Below are positions 1-12,480 of a stretch of 64,000 nt of DNA, in pieces. This DNA is from Phoronis australis (taxonomy: Eukaryota; Animalia; Phoronida), in the NCBI GenBank assembly GCA_002633005.1, contig NMRA01000707.1, positions 121,558 through 185,557 on the forward strand. Direction: 5' to 3'. The position numbers and the translations under genes are program-made. The stretch's first letter is position 1. Every line of letters begins with the position of its first letter. The notes under the pieces are model-generated. The model was not told the DNA's origin and ran no database searches. It saw only the letters and a program-made list of their open reading frames with translations.

Positions 1-3000
1 ACTTTGCCAAGCCGAGGCTCCCAACTTCAACCGTCCAAAATCCAAATAAAATCTGCGTGCACCTCCCTCAGTCTGGTGTTGCATAAACCTTCGAAGCCTT
101 ATCTTTCCTAGATCCCATTAACTGTCTTCGTGAATGGTGAATTGGAGATGGAATTTCCAAAACAATCTCAAAACTCTGAATTCAAGGACATGAAATAGTA
201 AACATGGCGGATTTCAGTTGTGCTTCAACTTGTACGCCTGTCGTAGGTGAAACTTCGAGTTTGAGCAAGCAACCTATATTTCAAATTCAATAATTCTAAT
301 CCAAAACTCAACTAATTGAGAATGTTAAAGTTAGTATTTTAATGATTATCTGTAACTTTATTCCACTGACGGCTCATTTTAGCCCTTAACTTTGAATTTT
401 ATTACATAAACTGGCGTATCTTGTTTCTTATCTTGACATCACGCACTTTTTTGATTGAAGCACAACACACACTCGGCCAGGAAACGCAGTCCGTGCAAGT
501 ATTACAATGCGCGTGGCCGACGAGTTAACTCAATGGTTTTGGCCAAAAGTAAAATCTTCATAAGAAATCACAGTACACAAAAAACTTCGCATATCAATAC
601 AGTATCAGGATAATTTATATTTGACACAAATATGTGAGTAATTACATTTATTTGGCAATAAAGTGCTCTCTGCCATCTCATGATCAAGTAGTCGATGGAT
701 TGACGGCGAAAGCGCGCGAAATTAGACTTTCGGATTTAGCTCGGGAGCGTCCGTCTTGTGCGAAGACCGTCTGCCATGACATTACGGAATCACTTCCTTG
801 AATTTGTGATTTTGGCATTCTTTTGGCATTTTTGTCGCCAAATCACCACTTGAAGGGAATTTGAAGAGATTGAATGAAAGAAAGTATTCTAAGACTTGTT
901 CGGTGCTAGTTTCGTGGAGTTCCATGCACATTTGAGTAGAAAATTCTGAGCAAACAGATTTTGAGTGTCCAACCTTTATGTTTTCTTATACATATTATTG
1001 AGTGACGTCATTTGCGATCAACCCAAGCGCCTGTGCTCTGAACATTCATCTCAGTTAACTTTGCATATGGAAACGCGCATGTGTGAGTTGTTGATACCTG
1101 GCGCCATCTGATGGCAGACTACATCATTGTGCAGTGGTCTCGCTCAAATACTGTCTTTACTGAGTCGCACAAGGGTAAAGCAAATGTACCTAGTGTCTGT
1201 ATTTATAATTATGAGTAACAAAGCCATGTAGATTGTGTTGTTCAGAATTGTAGTTATTGTAGCTAGTCAGGTATATAAACTTAGGGAAGTTAAAAAAGCA
1301 AAAGAGAAAAATTGTCTCCAACCAAGAGATACTTCATGTGCAATTGGACAGTGTTCGCTTATAACCTGGAACGGTCAACGACTGGTGAATCTTACAATCA
1401 CGATGGACTGAAACTCTCCATGGAAAAGATGTTTGCATTGGAGCATGTTTCCCTTGCATTAAATTATACATGCAGGGTCAGGGTCCTTACATGTACTGTT
1501 AAGCTCTGAGGGCTGGGAACAGGACAGGGGGAGGGGTGGCTGGGGGAGGGGTTCATTGATGACTGTGTTAAAATGTTGTTGTAATTCTTTAATCAAGTAA
1601 ATCTGTTTAATTTGTTATTGTTGTAAAGCCGTTAGCTAGCTGTTAACCATGACTACATCCAGATAAATTGTAAACTCTCATTTGCTTAGGCGGCTGCCCA
1701 GGGGGTCAATGGCTCCAGTATTTGATAATCAATTATGGGAAAGTCATCCATCTTTCATCAGAAGCTGCATCCACAGCTAAATGCAGACAAGGAATAAAGG
1801 ACTGTGACTCATGGAAGACTGGTGGGCGACTTGGGGGTGACCTGGGGTTGGAATTCGTTGGTCACCGGGGTGAAAAGGTGTCGATGGAATTCTTTAGTGG
1901 CATCCTGTTCGAGAAAAATCTTCCCACACAAATATTTCCACCATTTTTTCAGTACATCAAATACCCCGGGAGCTGTCCAGATACTCCGACATGTATGTGT
2001 CAAGGGGTTGCTGAGGTGAGAGTACGCGCAGCTCACGCGATCTACAATTATTGCCCGAATGAGTCACAGACTTGACCCACGTGCAGGCAATGAATGCATG
2101 CGGGATTTTCAAAATCCCAATTTTAGGGTTTTTCAACCCCAATAAACTCTCGAGCGTTTTCTTTAGTGTCTTTGGGTTTCCCGTTTCGTGTTGGTTCGTA
2201 ATGAAACAGAATGCTAGGTATGGGAACGTTGAGACCGATTTTGTGAATGTACAACGCCAAATCGTATTTTTTCGTTTTTAGCCGGCTCAACAGTCATGGT
2301 GAAATGCATCTTTAAGTGTATTTGCACATGTCTGGAAAGGCTTATATCACGCCACGCCTCCACGAACAATGGTTATTCAAGTTACACGTTTGTTATACTG
2401 GGGCAAACGGTGTCAGGGTATCATTGCAACGTGACTACGGTGCCCGGCTTTGATGTCAGTACAAGGCATTTGGCCTGTGTTTTTGTTTTGCTTATTTTCA
2501 AATGCCGGTCGTCTTTCTACTGCCTATCATAATTTCGCCAGGACTGCGTTGAGTTAGTTGTATTATGACAGTTACATTGCACTATAGAAAACCATGGCAT
2601 TGCATTACGAGCAAATTGCTTCTAACGCGACAACCTTTTACAGTTTGTTTAAAACTCCACCCTCAAAACAGACCGTGCGGTGCATCCGCAAGTAAACAGT
2701 GTTAAGTGACGGGGAGTTTTGACGCGGTTGGACCCCTTTTGTGAATCAGGATTGTTCAATGATAGGAAAACCAATTTCATCAATTTGCGGAAGAAATTGG
2801 GTCATCATGTTTGAGCTCACCAATTCGCATTCAATGCTATAAGTCAATTTAGCAAGACTACGACGCTTTATCATACTTTGTACGTGCTGAGCTCCAACCG
2901 ATTTCTGTGCAACAGTTACGTTTATTAAACGACGCTTGCCATGTGAAAGTCCGATGGGAACGGATTCAGTAATAATAAACACATGTACGTTATTACAGCA

Positions 3001-4978
3001 TATTAGAATCTCACAACTAAGTACAGGTCCGCTAAAACATGTTTTTGGTACACCGTGGCTGACTGACCATGACTAACTGAGCGATGCCGGACTTGCAACC
3101 CATGTTTGCCATCAAATGTGAGCAAAAGTAAACTTAATTGACTTTTATGTCGGATGAAATTTCTTTTGGTTTCCAACGAATCGAGAAAGTTGAATTACAA
3201 TGTAAACATATTGGAATACGTAATACGATTTCTACCTTTTCGTACGCTCGGGTTCAGATTTTGGAATGGTGAAGAGGATAGCACAGTATTAAGCATTTGT
3301 AGACATTGTTAGTCCATGTGTAAGCCTGTGCTGTATTGGATATTGTTTTTATTTGTACATTTTAAATGTCAATAAACTCTTCTTAATGTACTCGGTTGCA
3401 AGTAATAAGTTGAGATGCGATTTTTATCATCGCAATAGTTTTGTTTTTTGCCACTAATTTTTATCCCTCGCTTAAGATTCTTAACACCGATTTCACAGCA
3501 TTTTTACGCGGGGCAGATGGAATTTGGGCAAATCTATAGTATATGTCCCCAATGACGTAGCAAAGTGCAGATACATCAATGCCTGCACACTGCTTAAGAA
3601 GGTTCGGCACAAAGCATGCAACACATTTGAATATTATTTTTATTTGAAATATTTGTTTTTTCTCAAAATGAAAATATGTCTATAGCATATGGGTCTTTGT
3701 TGAATTTTATGAGAAATCTCAAAATTTGTGTAACATGAAAGCGAAATGGTAATTTAGGAACTTCATAAGAGGGTTTTGAGGTTTTATGTTGTCCGTTTGT
3801 TACGAACAAAAGTTGTTGTTGATATCGTTGTTTGGTTCTGAGGCTACCTTTATTTTTGCTGTATTTTAGTAAAAGGACATGTCCACGTCATCTAAATAGT
3901 TGCTGATTTGTATTATTAATACCAATCAGCAACTATTTTGATTAATTAAGTATAAAATCGAACTCAGCAGGCGCTTTACTTTCAGAAAATAAATGAATTT
4001 TACGCAGTTAAATTCTATGGTTTTTTGACAGTTGTCTGAATGTAGGGACTTGTCGACTTCTGCTCCAGATGTTCTAAGACAGTCGTAGGTCCAGTACTAA
4101 ACGATGGTTGACAGCACGTCTCGCGGTTCCGCTGAGCCCCGGTCGGGACATATAGGTTCAGACTTAATTATACGTCACGTGATGTGAAGTAAAATCAACT
4201 TCCTTGTCTGGAAACAATTAAGAAATTGAGACTCTTGTTATCAATTTGTTATTGCTCCATTGATACCACTTTCTACAAGTTGGTTTATAGTCCTTTGTTG
4301 GCCTCTTTGCCTGGAGCATGTTCTCGACTATTTTTCTTCCAGGACTTTACAAACGCTCAAATCACTTCTCATCTGAGTAAGGGACACTTTGAGAGCTATT
4401 ATGGATCCGGAAGCGGTCTTAATAAAAAGTTTGGTCTTCATCGTGTTTATTTTTTTTCAATCCGTGAAAGACGGCTTCTGTCTGCATAACAGACAAATGT
4501 TTAATTCGAAAAACATTACAGTAAGCCTGCTGCTGGTATCACTGATCACAACTATTAAAACAACAAAATCCGTTGTTTTTATGATTTTATTACCATTTGC
4601 AAATTCTCGCCCTTTGTCAGGACATTCGTTGATACCAAGGCCGGACGGTGACTTAGCCCACTTTAGCAGTCTTTTATAGAGTTTAACGGGTAAAGTTAAA
4701 AATTACGCTGCCGTTTATCACGTGGGACTGATTTAGTTCCACTAGTCACCGCTGGGATATCAGATTCGATTACTAGTTGAGGATGATCTAAAAATCGTTT
4801 TTTCGCCGACAATGCCCGTTTTACATGTACGAGACTGGGTTGCCTTCCCGCGTACCGCGGCAACTGTCGAGATCACGCAAGTCTACGCGAGACTTTGTCT
4901 TATGCAGTGCACGTAAAGATCCGGGGTCTTATTATCTTTCACTCGCGAGTGTCTTGCGTTCCGGAACTGGTCCCAGTT

Positions 4979-5526
4979 TTACAACACGTTATTTTGACAT
5001 TCATCAATTTTATCCATCCCCAATACATCCGGGTGGCTGCTCTTCATTTTTATAACAGTCACGTGATGCATTCTATCACTGGCAAATGGATCATCTGCGC
5101 TGCACATACAGTCGTCATACTTCACGCCACTGCTGTTACTACTCGTTGTGTCCCCGCCTCCACGAACGCAAGAATACATTAACGACAGCTTCTGCTTTTT
5201 ATCAACAAGAACCGAGGTACATTCTGTTCCTACAGGAGGCGTTCTTGAATTATTAAAGCGATAACTTCTCGGCTGACGTGTTCGGTTTCTCCTTTCTTTG
5301 CAACATGACGACGAAATAGTTCGCCGAAAAGCTTGTCGGAATTTCAGCGACATGATGTTGTATAGAACTGGATTAATCGTCGATGCAACATAGTAAAGAA
5401 TACCAGACACATAATAGAGAACGTCATTAGCCTCTTTGTGATCTTCAAAGATGTTCGTAAAGGTGACGATCAAACGCTGAGCGTGAAAAGGGGCCCAGCA
5501 GGCGAAGAAGGCAATGACTACTGCAA
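4979..5526 (-). CDS. PRXamide-type GPCR, coding exon 2 (TM6, TM7, C-tail)
   Basis: Acceptor tgtcttttcag|TTGCA at 5527/5526. Joining to exon 1 gives KML-V-AVVIAFFACWAPFHAQRL (TM6, typical of pyrokinin/NMU receptors) and SGILYYVASTINPVLYNIMSLKFRQAF (NPxxY plus helix 8), followed by a CC pair that could be palmitoylated. 811+548 nt = 452 aa + stop. Confidence 0.95.
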
Positions 5527-5879
5527 CTGAAAAGACAGTAAAGACATCCGGGTATTATGATGTTGTTAACCAGATTTCTCAAAGAATCGGGTAAAGATGG
5601 CACATTTTCGAAAGCTAATGCGACCCGAAAATAACAGACGTTGATGCTGCAAGTTTTGGGAGAGTGATACTGATGCAAATCTTGCCATACAAGTATGCAT
5701 TAACATGGAAGATACGAAGACCCGTCTTCCAAGAAAAACAACCTCTGTTGTATACAGCTTATCAATATAACATTGGTCTCAATTATTATTGTTTATTTAT
5801 TATAGTTACAAAAGAGTGCCAATAAATACATGATCTTAAATATTTATAGAATATTCACCTCAATGGGCTTACTCAGTCA

Positions 5880-6300
5880 CATAATAACAATTAAACCATA
5901 ACATAATGCACTCACTCAACTTTGTCAACTTCAGACTAGTTCAAGTTATTTTGGAATATCTGAGGTATGGCAGAACCCCATTACCCCGTTAAAAATGAAC
6001 TTCATCTTCAATTCCGTTTTTACAAACACGACCAATTCATTCATTCACAGGAATTCCGAAGTACTAACCCTCCTCAATCTCTAATGGTAGAATACCTGCT
6101 CTCAATTGAGCTATGGCGGACCTCTGAGACATCGGCAGACGTAAATACTCATCTACAGAATAGTCGTTCTTAACAGATCTACATCTATATACGCTGACTG
6201 AATTCGATTGCCTGAGACTAGGCTCTTCAAGTATGTTGGCTCGTCTCATCGTTACTTATTCGTCGAATTAAGACAGATTTTTGTAAACTCATAAACCAAT
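5880..6300 (-). mobile_element. 3' fragment of a LINE (L2/CR1-like C-terminus) in the GPCR intron
   Basis: YLRLPMSQRSAIAQLRAGILPLEIEEG resembles the RS.IA..R.G..PL.IETGR motif near the end of LINE ORF2. Confidence 0.6.
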
Positions 6301-8553
6301 TAATGGCTTGAGTAACCAATAGCGATGAGACCAATTCGTCAAATGGTCAAAATGAAAAGCTAGACGGAACTCGGCTTGTTTGTATTTTAATTAGTTAACG
6401 AAAAGATCAGCTCACTGAATGTCACGATTTATCATTGTTTTGCTTGGATTTATTAAATTCTGGTCACCAAATGCGTCATAACTCCCCAAGAGGGAGACTA
6501 ATTTACGGCACCTGTCTGCAGAATAGAATACTTCTACAATAGGTGTATACTAAGTTGCATACCGTAAGCTCAGGAGACTAGCGATGCACTTGGGTCTCGA
6601 TATCTCCGCTTCCGGAACGGAAGCATTCTCCCATAGTTCTACATGCAGTTCTCACCACGCTATCACTTTATTGGTCACATTTATGTTTAGGTACGTTAAT
6701 AAGATCCCGAACGCATTCGAATTTCACTGGCATGATGATTTTTCGTGCGCGATCTGGGTCTTTCGCAAGATTCCTGTGCGTTCGGAACCGATCCTGCAGA
6801 GTACTGCGTACTTTACATCACCATGACGACTTTGATTTCATTGAACGCGTGATTAACAATTGTGACCCAAAGTATTTAGCTAGGGTCAGATATATGTACC
6901 TATACCACGATAAATATCATTTTTTTCAAGTTTGATGGAAAGCTGACTCGCTGCACAGAATGCAATATTCTACTAACGATTATCTGGAAAAAATGTATCA
7001 GAAAACTTGATGAAGCTTTTACCGGCGTCAAAACTGCATGAGCTGGTAAATTAAGCCATACGTCCTGCTTGGTGCTGCGCAAGTCTTTTTGATCCACCTT
7101 TGAATCAAACTTCAACTTTCACAACAAATTACCAACTGCTGAGTTGGGTGAGGATTTACAAGTCTGTTAGTGAAAGTCAAAGCTACGAACGACATGAGTG
7201 ATTTTTGAGTACCTAATGAAAAAAGAATGTTTTAATCATTTGATCCAATTTCTCATTCGGCAGTTTCTTAAGCTTCCAGTAAGATCTACATGTACTTGCA
7301 AGAGGCTAGTTGGCATTTTGTCTCCTACATGCAGCGCCCTCTGGTTAGATATGGGGTCTCTCACTGGTCAACTCCAACACGACTTAAAAGCCTTAAATGT
7401 TCTACCGAGGGACTGTAGTTTGTTTTCATGACGGCGACATCCCGTTGCTCCCAACTTGTTCGATTCTATAACCCAACAACAAGTTGGGAAGTTTATCCCC
7501 GTAGCCACTATTTTACACGACTGATTAACTCCATTCCGGCATTTTTGGTTGGAGGGCCTGCGGTCTTTGTTCGATAATTGCTCTAATCTCCGATCAGATC
7601 ATATCTGGCCTGACTTGGCTGGGCTGATTAAGTTAAGTTATAACATATTTGAGCTGAAACCAACAACATTTCTGAATTCCTCCTCATATGCCGATCATGT
7701 TCCGTTTTTGAATCACCAAAATCGCCCAACTACGACGGACGTTAAGACAATCTATTCTGTCCAAACGGATTACCAACACCGCTCTGGGTTTGACTGTGTT
7801 CATACGCGTTGGGTAATAGCGTGCAACCCCCATACGTTTCCTTTGAAGCCTGGAAGATAATTGGCCTGCTTGTCATCATACGAGACAAAAGACTGAGCTG
7901 GCCAGTTAACAAAAGAGCCAAATGTTATCGCACGTTCAGCACCCCTCACGTCTTGAAAAGTTTCTGAACGACAGAAAGCTGTAATGTCATGTGGGGATCT
8001 ACAGTTTTGGGGTTCATCAGCCCGATATGACAAGTTGAGGCCGTGAGTGAAGTACATTCTGTTCCCTTAAAACTAAAGTGGATAAAAACGGGACATACCC
8101 TACTGAACGAAAATAGCAACTTTGCAGACAGAGGAAGAACACATAGCAATCGCTCCCGCTGTTATTTACGTACGAACACTGACTGAATCGGAGACAGCCT
8201 TGTGGTACCGTAATGAGAAACATCCGCTATTTCCACCGTTTCGTTTACGAGTTAATGGCTTGAAAGTGGGCACCCAATTGCTCTGGCGTCACGTACATGT
8301 TAAGATTCCATTAAGACTTGAAATAACTCTTTTGTTATAACCTCAGCTTTTACGAGAATACATCTTAAGGTCTGCAAGAATAAGTGACTTCCGGTCAACT
8401 GGCGTACAGTACAGAAGTAAACCGCGTAATGAGTTTCATTTTAGAAGAAAATTCAAAGGCTTGAGGAAGGAAAGCGAATCGCCTGACCTTGGCATGGAAC
8501 CAATCACATTAAACCACGAATCATTGATTCAAAAGACGAGCCACGGAAATATC

Positions 8554-8557
<4 letters not shown>

Positions 8558-8616
<59 letters not shown>
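8558..8616. repeat. (AT)n microsatellite, about 29 units
   Basis: Direct reading. Confidence 0.98.
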
Positions 8617-8623
<7 letters not shown>

Positions 8624-9490
8624 TACATATCACTGGGATTAAACGAACCACCGAGCACGCCCGAAAGTCGCCGATCCAGTAAACGATAAACACGTCACAA
8701 ACACGAGCAACGGTTTTGGGGGAAATGAAACACGGTAGCCTTGTCTTATCAAACGTAAAAAACGTACACACACGCCGCCACCGTGACTTGTACTGATATT
8801 GAGAAGTACTAGCAGCATTTGATGGTAAGGCGAATTGAATGAACACTGCCAGAAGTTAATATACAGTGTAGGTCTTTTTGGCTATGGGTCAATATGATAT
8901 AGAACTGCAGACCTACATGTATATCGTAGGTGCTTCTCAAAAGTTCTCTTCTCGAAGTCTTCATGCTAATCTGCTCAGTTGCTATTGTAGCGCGTCGCGG
9001 TTTAGTGCGATCTATTTCTGCGCGAGTATCGGCGAGGAATTTCAATGACCCATTTTTATTACATTGATTGGTTGGAACTTCGAACGGACGGAAAAGTTGC
9101 AACGATCGAGCTTAATTACTTTAGCTTACCAGTCTCCTAAATGTCAATATCGCCGCAAGCAGAGGCTCAAAATCGTTCAGTCGGCCTCAACGCTCTCTTT
9201 CCTTCACGTTGGTGAAGGCAAGTTACTGCTTTCTATACATATACAGTAAGATACGTTATTCTCAGCTGGGACGGCAGCTTTCCTACTGGTTATTGGATCA
9301 ATCTTGTCTTCCGACAGGCCTCTGCTTACAAACTCATAGTGACTTTCTGTTAATATCGGATTCTGTTACAGGTGTTACCGTGAATAGAGAAGGAGCAAGT
9401 TTCGTCAAATTTTATTGTCAACGACGCGAAATCCCTTGGGCTGGGAATGCAAGACCACACCAAATTTCAGACATGAATTATGGACTAAAA

Positions 9491-9615
9491 TGACGCCAGA
9501 GAGTGTGGCCGCTTACTCGAGGTCGGGGGTTCGAGTCCTTCTGGGTCACACTGTCAGAACCTCGAGTCAGGTTCCTAGCTCCTCAGCTAAGCATAAAATG
9601 GTTCCTGGTGATCAA
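9491..9615 (+). repeat. Possible tRNA-derived SINE relic
   Basis: B-box-like GGTTCGAGTCC at about 9528, then ctcagct...aaaatggttcctgg resembling a SINE central domain; no full cloverleaf. Confidence 0.35.
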
Positions 9616-11259
9616 TGCATAGGCTCACATGCGTATCCTGCGCACGTCTATAGAGCCAGCTTCATGTATATGTTCTTGTACAACAGAGCATATTTGACCT
9701 GTCAGACGTGGTACACTGACCATGTACGTTCACTAGTTTTAAACTGGTTACAAAGTTCAATCGCTGAACGAAAGAAGAGACGTCTTAAAATGTAAACACG
9801 TGTGAAGAATAATATTTTGAGCTCATTCACTGCACAGCCTTGTTTTACTTTAGCGAACAGATGTCGTGAAACACTGCTCTAATTTGCCTTCTAAAATATG
9901 CGGGAGTCTTGCGATAGCACGTGCTACCAACATGTTATGTCTTTCCAAACAAAAACACTCATTTGTTTTACTAATTGCAGTTTCATCCTAGCTGGTAATT
10001 ATGGTAATCACAATATCTCGTACGCTTGTTTTTGAACGTAATACCGGATGTCACATCAAATGATACCAAACACGAAACATTATTGAGGCGAAATACCGAC
10101 ACAAGTCATTATCGACATTTTCTTGTTACTAAAATAAAGCAATCTGGTTGTACTCGTAACTAGAAATTTAAGAATTCAACTAGACATTTAATTTTGTTTA
10201 TTTCAGAGAAAATGAAGTCCTATTGAAAGACCAACATTTGGGAGGATTTTTTTTAATAAAATGAATTCTCGTTGAAATTCATTATTTGAAGCTTTTGGCA
10301 AAATGAAATGCATTGCAACAAGGTGCATTTAAGATGATATCATCTTGAGGCAAACAACTTTACAGGAAATACGGGGTTCTGGACAAGTACGAGAACCTGT
10401 TTACGCCATAGTTGCAAATTAAGTTACGAGGGATGTCCGGATGAGCTCAGCAAATTGGTTGCATTTTATTGAGACATTTTGTTTCTTTCCATTTCAATTT
10501 TGAATCAAATGAATGCTTAGCCATTCTTTCCGGTAACGAAAAGATCACTGCATGTAAGCCCTCATGCTCGTTCTGTCTCCCGCTAATGCCTCGTTGGAGT
10601 CCCACTTGAGTGATAAAACCAGGATTCAACTAAAAACGCTTAATTACTGAGTCCCGGCGGATTGAATATTTAGGTTCTTGCTGGATAGTCGTTCCTTAGA
10701 AAGATCGTGCAAAAGTGGACACGTAGGCCACCCTTGCCCGTTTAGCAGGCTTTGTAGAAATGTCCATATTTGCTCCAAACGTTTGACGGTCAACGATTGC
10801 AACAGGGCATTTTGTTCCATAGAGCTGGATGGGCGAATCTTTGTTAATATCTGTCAATGGAACGAAACCGAGTTCAGTGTCCTTTTAAGTGATTACTATT
10901 TGACCACAATGGCTTGCAGTTCCCCATACGTGCACATGTAGCTTGTGGGTCCAAACAGTGTATATGTAGCACCTGGCAGTTGTGCATAACTTACTCTACT
11001 TCCAACGAAGCGTAATTGGCTTCAAAGTTGGCATTCCAGAGGCAGTGTACGTACACCTTGCTTGCTAGTGACGAAACCAATGGAAAATAGATCTACAGTA
11101 CCTGCCTTAATGGCTGTAACATCAGTGATATTTCCAGCTCTGAATATATGTTATACTACTAATGTTATATTTTTTTCAAATATAGTGAAGAAACAAGGGA
11201 ATATTACTATTTTAAACATTTCCACTAAATGAAGCAATGCTAGTACAGTAACATAAAAA

Positions 11260-12480
11260 GGCTGTAGGGGGCGCATAGCAAGTCAGTAATGCTCTCAACA
11301 CACACCTGCCAAGACCGGGCAAAGAGGTAGTCATATACGTCCAAACGCCGTCATCTGTTGACACCTACACAGATATGCAGTTTCCAAATTTTCCCAAAGG
11401 TCCTGCAGGGGGAAATACCGGTAGGTGTGAAAAAGGCAAACTGCCACAAGGGGGCTCCACAGTAGTCAATCGTAAACCGTGCTATTCCGAGTAGGAACAC
11501 ATTTAGGCCTACCGATTTTCTTAACGATTCTTAGAGTGGTTTGGCCGATAGCGAGGTGGACGCGAAAACATAATTAAACGCTGCTAATTGGAGGCCTGCA
11601 CAATGTAAAATCGATGTGAAAACGAAAAGATGTCATGGCCTCATTAATAGAAACTATTTGCAAAATTTCAAAAAATCCTTCAAGGAACTAAGATGTGGAC
11701 GCCAAAAATGATAAAACCTGCCATTAGGTGGCGTGTACTTCGTCAAATCCATCTGAAATCGGAAACAGTTTATCACCTTTTAATATAAATCTCAACATTT
11801 TCATAAGATTCCGTCTAGGAACTCCAAAGATACAAAGGGAAACGGAAAATATGTCATTAGGAGGCACAGAAATAGTTCGGGCCGTCCAAAAGTCGTCGTA
11901 ACCTTTTGTCACTTCAATATTATTACACTTCCCAAATCTAACAAAGACCCTGAAGAGGGTTTAGTAGACACAGCCATCATGGAGGCAAAAAAAAAACAAA
12001 ATCGACATCAGAAGGAGCCACTGCAGCGGAGCCTTCCGATATCATCGTCAGCCGTTCTTTTCCCACTTGGAACACATATGTCAGTTTTCATAATCACAGT
12101 GGTTTGGCCTGTAGAGGGGCAGACGGTAAGAACAGTAAAATGGCCACTAGGTGGTGCAAAGTACGTCAAATCCATTCGAAAACGCGAAAGTAGCGTTTTT
12201 TCCCGATAGATACCTACATGTATTTGCCAAATTTCACGAAAAGGAACACCTATGATAGGCGTACACTGGAAAACGTAAATAAACTAAAGTGGCCACAAAG
12301 GGACACGCCGGTAGCCGGATCACGGTCCGAAAAATCGCTCATTCCGTCCAATCCACGATAGAAACATTTCTGAAAAATTGCTTTGGAGACACAGCAGCGG
12401 ACGCCGGACGGACGGGTAGACTGACAGAGAGAGATGACGGCAAAATGCTCCACATTATTTAGCTATATGAGGGCGCTATC
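11260..12480 (+). mobile_element. Helentron-associated (HINE/DINE-like) non-autonomous element with internal repeats
   Basis: Repeated gcca.taggtgg....cgtcaaatccat (11720, 12143), ccaaatttcac, and a ggacggacgg..gacagagaga microsatellite near the 3' end (about 12398-12435). Boundaries approximate. Confidence 0.5.

Noticed and set aside
1722-2100. GC-richer block with overlapping ORFs and a faint LRR-like phrase (LQLLPE*VTDLTHVQAMN)
   Set aside because: Interrupted by stops, no repeated LRR pattern and no splice support; too weak to call.
8461-8846. ORFs with IYIYIY runs
   Set aside because: Artefacts of the (AT)n microsatellite.
11262-11300. gggggcgcatagcaagtcagtaa as a tRNA/SINE A-box
   Set aside because: No B-box or cloverleaf; better explained as part of the Helentron-like repeat.
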